DNA from: Acidimicrobiia bacterium
GTDB taxonomy: Bacteria > Actinomycetota > Acidimicrobiia > Spongiisociales > ZC4RG35
Reading direction: 5' to 3'
NCBI GenBank assembly: GCA_965215185.1
Contig: OZ244034.1
Coordinates: 1,408,001-1,472,000 of the forward strand
DNA: 64,000 nucleotides
The position numbers and the translations under genes were made by a program. Of the stretch, positions 20,001 to 27,758 are shown in pieces. Position 1 is the stretch's first letter; the number at the start of each line of letters is the position of its first letter. The notes beneath the pieces were generated by a model. It did not search any database. It saw nothing but the letters and a program-made list of their open reading frames with translations, and was not told the DNA's origin.

Positions 20001-20245
20001 TCGCCCGACAACACCCCCGCGGAATAGACGGCACGGTGTTCGTGACCATTGAGGACGAGACCGCAGACGTGCAACTGATCATCTGGCCGGATGTCTTCAC
20101 TCGTTACAAAAAGCAACTCAAGAGCCAGGTGATCCTGGCGCGGGGTGTGATCTCCCGATGGGACGGCACCACCTCCATCATCGTTTCATCTTTGGAAGCA
20201 GTCGACATCCCAGTGTCGATGCCCGCCGCCCACGACTGGCGTTAG
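17099..20245 (+). CDS. dnaE2: error-prone DNA polymerase III alpha (DnaE2/ImuC)
   Basis: YVELHAKS PHP start, GRGSS, PDIDLD, SQHVGG, FPESH, C-terminal AHDW (SRDF-like) tail. Confidence 0.93.
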   Translation: MSSSYVELHAKSFYSFGIGASHVHELLARAKQCGYSAMALTDTNLCGALEFARLANSLGIQPITGGELTLEDDTRLTLLARTRKGYANLSRLFTLANSTDRQNPRLDPKHLPTYSQGLILLTGGRQSRLSQLTLSGRFQQARELLHGYREWFGSDRVYVELQQNLLQGDTRRNRELSSLAHTMGVPLVATNDVHYHSPKRYRLQNALVAAQHNITMDEALQFIRPNPHLSLKSPQQMKRLFRLYPEAVSNTATIADQCSFDLSTDLGYNLPEPQVPEGHTPDSYLRELCHQAAIRRYGAMSPPIAERLAEEFRLIQIHRLAGFLLLYRQIAQIAQKIMEEEGLVRPGTPLEKQPPGRGRGSSVALLVGYLIGISHVDPLKWNLTLERFISEDTSLLPDIDLDFPRHLRDKLIERIHQHFGAEYAVLTGAISTYTVKGIIQDLGKAFGLPNQDLRLLSKQIHSHDAADLKGEMLELPAFRDRVDAYGWKNLIEIAPQLMGAPKHLSQHVGGMILSSTPIPEMVPIRKGAIEGRFIMDWNKDNVADANFAKIDLLSLPALDQLHEAFDLIEEREGTRPDLSRLDPEDPQVYGMITEGRSKGVFLLQSPAQLKMGRRLRPKNLLDLAYQVALIRPGVGVQGSAVSLFVDRYRHGASWEYDHPLEKRALERGCGVIVWQEQVVQLIMDVAGMTAAQADEIRRSFARSNNQHLIAMHWKEFLKGAQRQGVSKQTARKIFSKINGHYMFPESHSHAFAITAYQVAWLKRYHPLEFFTTLINNQPMGFYPLETLKQDAKSFGVPFLHPCINRSGVKCVPEDGAVRLGLGIVKDVGNRSAEAIVEERERNGPYSGAGDLVQRTGLKPQAVISLVMAGAVDGMVPNRRAAIWDAGLSIRPSRNGQRVMDTTRGIKKPDLADFTDYQKMASAYEVMAIFPGGHLMEYLRESLGSDVLTTAEVENCAEEEDVLVAGWPIARQHPRGIDGTVFVTIEDETADVQLIIWPDVFTRYKKQLKSQVILARGVISRWDGTTSIIVSSLEAVDIPVSMPAAHDWR

Positions 20246-20463
20246 GGGAGATCCGGAACCCAGATCAACCTCCCACCCCACCGACCGAGCAGCTTCGACA
20301 GCTTCTACGGCTTCTTGATTCGACCCATGACTCCTGACCTCGCTGCCGGCTTCGACCGAGTGACGGGCCGTTCCCCACCTGCCAGCCGCGGGATTATGTT
20401 CCTAGCACCCTTCGATCCCCTGATCAGAATCAGGAATAAGGGATCCCCTCCCAGGTTCCCTTT

Positions 20464-21657
20464 TTAGGAGTCGTCGGCGGGAAGCACCACGTTGAGCACC
20501 ACTCCCACCACCGCAGCCAAGGCCAGGCCGGAGATGGCGATTCCACCAACCTGAAGGTTCTCAAGACCCGAGGTCCCCAGTCCCAGCACCAGAATCACCG
20601 CCACCACGATCAGATTGCGGCTCTTGGACATCTGCACCTGGCTTTCCACCAAAGTACGAAGGCCCACCGCGGCGATCATGCCGAACAAGATGATGGAGAG
20701 TCCACCCAACACGGCCAGGGGTATCGATTGCAAGATGGCCGCCACCTTGGGGATAATCCCCATAAGAATGGCCACCACCGCCCCTATGCGCAGGACAGCC
20801 GGGTCATAGACCTTGGTAACCGCCAGGACACCAGTGTTCTCCGAATAGGTGGTGTTAGCGGGGCCACCGACCAGCCCGGCAATAAAGGTGGCGACTCCGT
20901 CACCCAAGAGCGTCCGGTCCAAGCCCGGATCCTCGAAGAAATCCTTCTCCACCACTCGGCCGTTGGTGATTATGTCCCCAACGTGCTCGATCATCGTGAC
21001 GAATGCCACCGGTGCGATCAGGATGATGGCACCCCACTCGAAGCTGGCAAAGGTAAATTCCGGCAGGCCAATCCAGGCTGCGTCAGCCACTGCGTCGAAG
21101 GCCACCTGCCCAAAGATGGCGGCTACCACATAGCCGACCACCGCGCCGGTGAGAATCGGCAGCATCTTCCACAGGCCCTTGAGGAAAATGGCCGCGAAAA
21201 CGGTTACCAGCAGCGTGAGAATAGCCATCCACCAGTTGGAATTGGACATGTCGATGGCCACCGGCGCCAGGGTGATTCCGATGATCACGATTATCGGACC
21301 GGCCACCACCGGGGGAACCAATTTCTTGATTTTGTCCGATCCGATGAACCGGACGACGAGCGAGATGATCCCGTAGACCACACCAGCAGCGGCGATGCCT
21401 CCCACGGTTGCCGACATGGAAAATCCCTCGGTGTTGAGACTGGCGACTATCGGTGGGATGAAAGCGAATGAGGAACCCAGAAACACGGGGACCATCATCT
21501 TGGTCAGGAAATGGAAGATCAGAGTTCCCACACCAGCGGCCAGCAGAGCTACCGATGCATCCAATCCGGTCAGCAGAGGCACCAGCACCGTGGCACCAAA
21601 CATGGCGACGGTGTGTTGAACCCCCAATACGACCTTGCGTTGAGTATTAAGTTCCAT
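20464..21657 (-). CDS. uraA: NCS2 uracil/xanthine permease (UraA-like)
   Basis: QH..AMFGATVLVP, LGSSFAFI, TTYSENTGV signature. Confidence 0.92.
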   Translation of the reverse strand: MELNTQRKVVLGVQHTVAMFGATVLVPLLTGLDASVALLAAGVGTLIFHFLTKMMVPVFLGSSFAFIPPIVASLNTEGFSMSATVGGIAAAGVVYGIISLVVRFIGSDKIKKLVPPVVAGPIIVIIGITLAPVAIDMSNSNWWMAILTLLVTVFAAIFLKGLWKMLPILTGAVVGYVVAAIFGQVAFDAVADAAWIGLPEFTFASFEWGAIILIAPVAFVTMIEHVGDIITNGRVVEKDFFEDPGLDRTLLGDGVATFIAGLVGGPANTTYSENTGVLAVTKVYDPAVLRIGAVVAILMGIIPKVAAILQSIPLAVLGGLSIILFGMIAAVGLRTLVESQVQMSKSRNLIVVAVILVLGLGTSGLENLQVGGIAISGLALAAVVGVVLNVVLPADDS

Positions 21658-21783
21658 ACTTTCTCCTCTCTATGGAACCGTGGAGATCTATTCCCTGACT
21701 CCCCCGTACTCTGCAAGGACAGGAGGGTCAATGCAGCGAAACACCTCCTATGACAAGTTACTCTCATGGTAGGCTGTTTTGCG

Positions 21784-23025
21784 ATGAGGCCCCGGCATAT
21801 CCGCCTAACTTCTCACATCGACAGTCACGGTCCCCAACCCCCATCCATCCATTGGGGAGCTGCCACGGCCGCCGCCAGAGGCCCCATCATCGCCACGCTC
21901 AGCAATCCTGAACATCGCAACGTGGTGGGAACCCACAGCGGCTCCTATGCCATCTACCGGGCGGTCTCCATAGCCCAGGGAAAGCTTGACCGCGACTACC
22001 GCGCCGATCTGACCGACACCTCACCCACCTACCGGATCGGACCACACCCTGCTTGGACAGAACCCGACAGGATCGTCTCTCTGGACCCATGGGGAGCAAT
22101 GACCGCAGAGTCCTTTCCGGATCTGTTGGCCGAGGGTTACGACATCCGCCCCACCATTGCCGTCACCTCGGCTCATATCTTCATACCCGAGTTGAAGGAC
22201 GCCATCGAAAAGGGCCGAATCGTCCCTGATGGTTCTCTGTGCCTGTCCGATGGCTCATGTCGGGTTACCAAGGCGGCCATCGAACCGGTTTGGCATTTGC
22301 CCAGCCTGGCGGACAGGCTTGAAGTTGCAGAACGCGATCTGCGGCGGATCCTGTTCGAAGAGACAGGGGGAATGTTCCCGGAGTTGGTCACCCGTTCGGA
22401 CCTGGAAGTGTTCCTGCCCCCCATCGGGGGACAGACCATCTACATATTCGGCGACCCGGAGGGCCTGTCCGATCCCGATCGGACCCTGGCGGCCCGCGTC
22501 CATGACGAATGCAACGGTTCGGATGTGTTCGGATCGGACATCTGCACCTGCCGACCCTATCTGGTGCATGGGATCGAGGTGTGCATCCAAACCGCTTCCC
22601 AAGGAGGGGTGGGACTCATTGTCTATAACCGAAAGGAGGGCCGGGCGCTGGGAGAGGTCACCAAATTCCTGGTCTACAACGCTCGCAAGCGCCAGGAGGG
22701 CGGCGACCGCGCCGATGCCTACTTCGAACGCACCGAATGTGTGGCGGGGGTGCAGGATGCCCGCCATCAGGTACTGATGCCGGACTCCTTGCACTGGCTG
22801 GGCATCACCAGGATCGACAAGTTCGTGTCCATGTCCGATGACAAGTACGGGGCCATTACCGGCTCAGGCATAGAAATCGGCGAACGGCTCTCCATCCCTC
22901 CGGAACTGGTGCCGGCCGATGCCTGGGTGGAGATGGACGCCAAGGTGGCGGCCGGATACTTCAGTGAAGGCGCTGTTCCCGACCGCAGCGAGCTGACCAA
23001 ATCCAAGGGACGCCCTCTTAGTTGA
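21784..23025 (+). CDS. GTP cyclohydrolase II-like protein, URC1/urg1 type
   Basis: N-terminal RGP+IAT..RNV+GTHSGSY domain plus RVHDECNGSDVFGSDICTCRPYL, KEGRALGEV. Confidence 0.9.
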   Translation: MRPRHIRLTSHIDSHGPQPPSIHWGAATAAARGPIIATLSNPEHRNVVGTHSGSYAIYRAVSIAQGKLDRDYRADLTDTSPTYRIGPHPAWTEPDRIVSLDPWGAMTAESFPDLLAEGYDIRPTIAVTSAHIFIPELKDAIEKGRIVPDGSLCLSDGSCRVTKAAIEPVWHLPSLADRLEVAERDLRRILFEETGGMFPELVTRSDLEVFLPPIGGQTIYIFGDPEGLSDPDRTLAARVHDECNGSDVFGSDICTCRPYLVHGIEVCIQTASQGGVGLIVYNRKEGRALGEVTKFLVYNARKRQEGGDRADAYFERTECVAGVQDARHQVLMPDSLHWLGITRIDKFVSMSDDKYGAITGSGIEIGERLSIPPELVPADAWVEMDAKVAAGYFSEGAVPDRSELTKSKGRPLS

Positions 23026-24188
23026 CCCTTTCCGAACTGGCCCGACTCCGTCATCCGGACACCATCCGGCGTCAATCCGAGCGGATACTCGCCCTCGCTG
23101 AGCAGAACAAGCTCAAAGGGTGGGAGATCGACCTGGATAAGCTCCCGAGCCTGGGCCGCCTGGTGGGTGAGGTGACCTGGGCCCGCTACCCGGATTTGGC
23201 CGTGCCAATTCACGGCCGCCGCCTTCATTTCACGGTGGGCGATATCAACCTTTGGCAAACACGCCCCCGCCCCGTTGACCGGGATCGAGCGGGTAGATCC
23301 GACGTGGAACTCATCGTGATCTCGGTGCTGCTCGATGGGGGCAGCGGGACTCGGTGGCGATACACCGACCCGCAGATCAAGCAGGAGTTGAGCCGCTCGG
23401 AAGGACTGGCGGCAGCCAGTTTTAGAGCCTGGGAGCGGGGGGTGTTCTCCGACCACAGTCTTCCCCGAGCCGACTCCCAGTCGCTTTCCAACCTCACCAC
23501 CGGGGAATTGGCCGCAGCCTTTCAGGTAGGAGAGAGCAACCCCCTGGTGGGGATAGAAGACCGGGCCGCACTATTGCGATCCCTGGGAACGGTTTCGTCC
23601 GGCTGGCCGGACCATCGGGTCGGAGGTCTCTACGATCTGCTCGCCGACCGCGCCTCCGCCGACGGACGCCTGTCCGCGGTGGTGCTCTTGGAGATTCTGT
23701 TGAAGGAGTTGTCCCCTCTATGGCCCGACTCCCCAATGGCGGATGGCGAATACCTGGGGGATGTCTGGCCTTATCCACCCCTGGGACTAGTGCCCTTTCA
23801 CAAGCTCACCCAGTGGCTGGCGTATTCGCTGATAGAACCTTTAGGAACGGCGGGAATCACGGTCACCGAAGTAGAACGATTGACTCCTCTGGCGGAATAC
23901 CGAAACGGAGGCCTGCTGATCGACGGCGGTGTCCTGAAGCCCGTGGTACAGGGATGGCACACCACCCGCCATCCGGTCGCCTCTCCCCTGGTGGTGGAAT
24001 GGCGGGCCCTGACCGTGGCCCTGATCAGCCGTCTGGCCGAGGCGGTGCGGGGGTCACTGGGCGCAGACCTATCCATGGCCCAGATCCTAGAAGGCGGAAC
24101 CTGGGCGGCAGGAAGAAAGCTAGCGGCGGACACCCGGCCCGATGGCGGCCCGCCCATACAGGTGATCAGCAACGGGACTATCTTCTGA
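23022..24188 (+). CDS. URC4/urg3 family protein (DUF1688)
   Basis: SVLLDGG, RSEGLA, PFHKLTQWLAYSL, EYRNGGL, VEWRALTV, LEGGTW. Confidence 0.9.
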   Translation: MTLSELARLRHPDTIRRQSERILALAEQNKLKGWEIDLDKLPSLGRLVGEVTWARYPDLAVPIHGRRLHFTVGDINLWQTRPRPVDRDRAGRSDVELIVISVLLDGGSGTRWRYTDPQIKQELSRSEGLAAASFRAWERGVFSDHSLPRADSQSLSNLTTGELAAAFQVGESNPLVGIEDRAALLRSLGTVSSGWPDHRVGGLYDLLADRASADGRLSAVVLLEILLKELSPLWPDSPMADGEYLGDVWPYPPLGLVPFHKLTQWLAYSLIEPLGTAGITVTEVERLTPLAEYRNGGLLIDGGVLKPVVQGWHTTRHPVASPLVVEWRALTVALISRLAEAVRGSLGADLSMAQILEGGTWAAGRKLAADTRPDGGPPIQVISNGTIF

Positions 24189-24190
24189 TC

Positions 24191-24838
24191 ATGGCGCCCA
24201 CATTGTCGCATCCCCGGCTCCACGTCATCGATCATCCCCTGGTTCAGCACAAGCTGACCCTGATGCGAAAGCGTGAAACCAGTACCAGCTCCTTCCGCAG
24301 GCTGGCTTCGGAGATCTCCGGGCTCTTGGCCTACGAGGTAACTCGCCACCATCCTCTGACGCCCACGCGTATCAATACTCCTATGGGGCCCATGACCGCG
24401 CCCCTCCTGGATGGCAAAAAACTGGTGGTGGTCTCCATCCTCCGAGCAGGCATCGCCATCGCCGACGGCATCTCAGACGCAATCCCCTCGGCGCGGCTGG
24501 GTCACATCGGCCTGTACCGGGACCGGAAGACCGAAATGACCGTGGAGTACTACTTCAAGACGCCCCGGAATATGTCGGATCGCACCGCGCTGGTAGTGGA
24601 TCCCATGTTGGCCACTGGTAACTCGGCGGAGGCGGCCATCGCCCGGGTCAAAAGCACCGAACCCAAAGAGTTGATCTTCGTCTGTCTGATCGCCGCTCCG
24701 CAAGGAGTGGATTATCTGAACAAGTATCACCCCGACGTCCCTATTTACTGCGCGGCGGTAGACGAAGGACTAGACCCCTCCGGGTACATAATCCCCGGCT
24801 TCGGTGATGCGGGCGATCGGATCTTCGGCACCAAATAG
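24191..24838 (+). CDS. upp: uracil phosphoribosyltransferase
   Basis: HPLVQHKLT, ILRAG, VDPMLATGNS, YIIPG.GDAGDRIFGTK. Confidence 0.96.
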   Translation: MAPTLSHPRLHVIDHPLVQHKLTLMRKRETSTSSFRRLASEISGLLAYEVTRHHPLTPTRINTPMGPMTAPLLDGKKLVVVSILRAGIAIADGISDAIPSARLGHIGLYRDRKTEMTVEYYFKTPRNMSDRTALVVDPMLATGNSAEAAIARVKSTEPKELIFVCLIAAPQGVDYLNKYHPDVPIYCAAVDEGLDPSGYIIPGFGDAGDRIFGTK

Positions 24839-25104
24839 AAGCCCGGTCCCAAGCTCGTCGGCTTTTTCGAAGGCAGAAAACCAAGGTCACTCCGCCCCAC
24901 CGACTCTTCTACAAAAACCACCCAGCCTGGTCACCCAACGGCACAAAAATCGGTTAAGCGGCATTTCAACCTGGGAATAGCCAACACCGTTGTCCCTCCG
25001 CTTCCCTGGATGATCTGAAGTATCATCAACGCCAATCCGGTCCTGGGTCTTCGGAGACCAGCGGAGATCCAGTGGCGGGATAGCGAGTAAGCGGCGTTAA
25101 AGGA

Positions 25105-26286
25105 ATGGACATGCTTGGTGTAGAACCTGTGGTAGTGGTTGGAGCGGCTCGAACCGCCATAGGAACCTATGGAGGCTCGCTGAGCGGCATTGATGCATAC
25201 AAGCTTGGCGCCATCACCATCAAAGAGTCGTTGAATCGGGCCGGTGTGGAGCCCGAAGAGGTCGATGAAGTGGTCATGGGCCAGATCGGCCAGGTGGGCC
25301 CCGACGCCTACAACGCACGGCGTTGCGCGCTCGAGGCGGGTCTTCCCACATCCACCACCGCCATGAACGTCAACCGACTTTGCTCGTCCGGTCTTCAAGC
25401 GATTATCACCGGCGCCCAGCAGGTCATGCTGGGGTCGGCCGACATCGTAGTCGCCGGGGGCGACGAGAATATGAGCAGCCAGCCGTTCCTGGACTACCAG
25501 GCCCGTGACGGCTGGAAGCTAGGCCCTCGGAAGGTCATCGACGGCACTATGTCACTGGTCACCGATCCCTTCGGCGGGTATCCAATGGGCGTAACGGCAG
25601 AGCGGGTGGCCGAACGCTACGACGTCAGCCGCGAAGAACAAGACCGGTTCGCCGCCGAGAGCCAGCGCCGCGCCGCCATCGCCATCAAGAACGGTCTTTT
25701 CGAGCAGGACATCGTCGGAGTGGACCGACCCAAGGACAACCCGTTCCTCGTCGACGAACATCCCAGACCAAACACCACCGTGGAAACCCTTGCCCGCCTG
25801 CGCCCAGTGTTCGCCAAAGGCGGCTCGGTAACGGCTGGTAACTCCTCGGGAATCAACGACGGCGCTGCCTCGGTGGTCCTGATGAGCGAGAAAACGGCCG
25901 AAGCCCGGGGCGCCGAACCCCTCCTTCGCCTGGTAGCCTGGGCGGTCAGCGGCATCGACCCGGAGGTGATGGGCTACGCCCCCGCTCTCGCCATCCCTGC
26001 AGTGCTTGATAAGGTCGGCCTGACCCTCGACGACATCGACCTGATCGAACTCAACGAGGCGTTCGCAGCCCAGGCGGTAGCCGTGATCCGGGACGCCGGC
26101 CTCGACCCCGAGAAGACCAACGTTGATGGCGGAGCCATCGCCCTGGGACATCCAGTCGGCGCCACAGGAACGATCCTGACCATCAAACTGATACGAGCAC
26201 TCGAGCGGACAGAAGGCCGGCGCGGCATCGTAACAATGTGCATCGGAGGTGGCCAAGGCATGGCAGCCATCTTCGAGCGCCCCTAA
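25105..26286 (+). CDS. acetyl-CoA C-acyltransferase (thiolase)
   Basis: NRLCSSG, NEAFA, GHPVGATG, CIGGGQG. Confidence 0.96.
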   Translation: MDMLGVEPVVVVGAARTAIGTYGGSLSGIDAYKLGAITIKESLNRAGVEPEEVDEVVMGQIGQVGPDAYNARRCALEAGLPTSTTAMNVNRLCSSGLQAIITGAQQVMLGSADIVVAGGDENMSSQPFLDYQARDGWKLGPRKVIDGTMSLVTDPFGGYPMGVTAERVAERYDVSREEQDRFAAESQRRAAIAIKNGLFEQDIVGVDRPKDNPFLVDEHPRPNTTVETLARLRPVFAKGGSVTAGNSSGINDGAASVVLMSEKTAEARGAEPLLRLVAWAVSGIDPEVMGYAPALAIPAVLDKVGLTLDDIDLIELNEAFAAQAVAVIRDAGLDPEKTNVDGGAIALGHPVGATGTILTIKLIRALERTEGRRGIVTMCIGGGQGMAAIFERP

Positions 26287-26396
26287 CCGGATCCGCCAGT
26301 GCGATCAAGGGCGACATAGCTGATCCCAGGACATGCTCGCCGGCCAGGCTGATTGAGCTAACCCGGACCCTCAACAGCGTGTTTCAGACCAGATGC

Positions 26397-27113
26397 CTAC
26401 CAGTGTCTGGTTCGCTTCCACGGCACCATGAACTCTTGACCATCCTTGGCTACAGCCACAGTGAGGACGGGCATGTCCGGGTGCCGCCACTTACCTATAT
26501 CAGGTGTGTTACCTTTGCGCCTGTTGCAGTAGGAATGAGCGGCTTGGAGATTGTCCAGTCTGTGGAGAAGACTCCTATAACGAGTGCCGGTAACAGCTTT
26601 GCCACCTTTGCGGACATCAAAAACCGCAAACACCTTGGGGACAATGTGCTCTATATGAGCGCCCTTGATTTTCATTTCTCCGCCACAAAATCCGCAACGG
26701 CCGTCGTCGCGGGTGTATATGTAGCGAAGCGCCTTGCGGCGATGATCAGAGTCCCAGCGTCCTTTGCCGTCGGGCTCATCTAACTCCAAGTACCAACGTT
26801 CCACCTTGTCCACAGCTTTGGCCACCTTGACTGCTGCTGCGAAAATCTTGCCGCGCTTTTTTCGATACTCACCTTCAGTGTGGTGATCCTCCAGCCGTGG
26901 TGGTTCAGAATCCGACCGATCCTGATCACTACTCAGCGGCTCGCTGGGCGGAGGATCAAATATCGTGCCTCGGCACTTTGGGTAATCCGGGCATCCCCAA
27001 AACCGCTTTCCCTGGTTTTGACCTCGGCGAGCTGTCCGGGGAACCCTGCCGGAACCGCAACGGGGGCAGTCCGGGGATGCCCCAAGGGGATAAGCCCATG
27101 AACTATCCGGCAT
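26397..27113 (-). CDS. topoisomerase-type C4 Zn-ribbon fused to HNH endonuclease
   Basis: CPRCG..FWGCPDYPKC; RDDGRCGFCG..HIEHIVP..NLQAAHSYCNRRKG. Confidence 0.85.
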   Translation of the reverse strand: MPDSSWAYPLGASPDCPRCGSGRVPRTARRGQNQGKRFWGCPDYPKCRGTIFDPPPSEPLSSDQDRSDSEPPRLEDHHTEGEYRKKRGKIFAAAVKVAKAVDKVERWYLELDEPDGKGRWDSDHRRKALRYIYTRDDGRCGFCGGEMKIKGAHIEHIVPKVFAVFDVRKGGKAVTGTRYRSLLHRLDNLQAAHSYCNRRKGNTPDIGKWRHPDMPVLTVAVAKDGQEFMVPWKRTRHW

Positions 27114-27153
27114 CCGTCTCCTTCCCTAAACGTTGCCTTGCTTTCGTTTCCCT

Positions 27154-27345
27154 TTACGTGACGCCCAGTAACTCCCGATACCGGGCGCCGGACAGGGGAG
27201 TGCGGCCGAGGTTTTCGGCTATGGCTATGACGGCTTTCAGTTGCTCCAGGTTGGAGGCGATCAGGTCGTCGCGGTGGGGGTAGCGCCAGACGGTGTCTTC
27301 CATTCCGAGGCGGACGTGGAGACCCATGAGCATGGCCAGGGTCAC
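27154..27345 (-). pseudogene. 3' remnant of 3-keto-5-aminohexanoate cleavage (BKACE) family gene
   Basis: GLHVRLGMED..ASN....LGR C-terminal signature; upstream coding part absent. Confidence 0.7.
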
Positions 27346-27399
27346 TAGTTGTCACCCTTGGTTAATAGTTGCATTGGGATCGGCTTCCCCGCATCAGTG

Positions 27400-27455
27400 T
27401 GAGGTTGTCCCGGTTTGGTGGACACCATCACGTCCACGAAAACGGGGCAACTCCA
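27400..27455. mobile_element. 56-bp IS3-like mini element (two terminal IRs only)
   Basis: TG...CA ends, 24-bp imperfect IRs (19/24 match), flanked by 3-bp direct repeat GTG. Confidence 0.75.
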
Positions 27456-27758
27456 GTGTGCCCAACGGTAAAACGCTTTGTATACCACAACACAATGCCA
27501 AATCCACTCCTCTGACCTGCTGTCCCAACTCGCACAGGTCCTGGTGGGCAAGGCTGATCCGTTTTCCCTCTTCGCGCGGGCCCGCCGCCAGACCTGCCGC
27601 CGCTGGTGCTCTACGATCTAGGTCTCGCTCCAGCTGTTCGCCTCGCCGCCGAAGAACCCCTCTCGGATAGCCAGATCGCCATCGCAGCCAACGCATGCTC
27701 GCGAGCGATCTCCAACCGTTGACTTCGAAAGCTGCGAGGACCCGCAGTGTTAAGGAAG

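Noticed and set aside
21784-23025. Riboflavin ribA
   Set aside because: Has the URC1-type N-terminal domain and URC4/upp context; no rib genes nearby
23720-24190. Extended upp ORF; similar extensions at 40985, 43396, 32873 and 48598
   Set aside because: Shadow-frame run-ins overlapping real upstream genes or leaders; downstream starts fit family lengths
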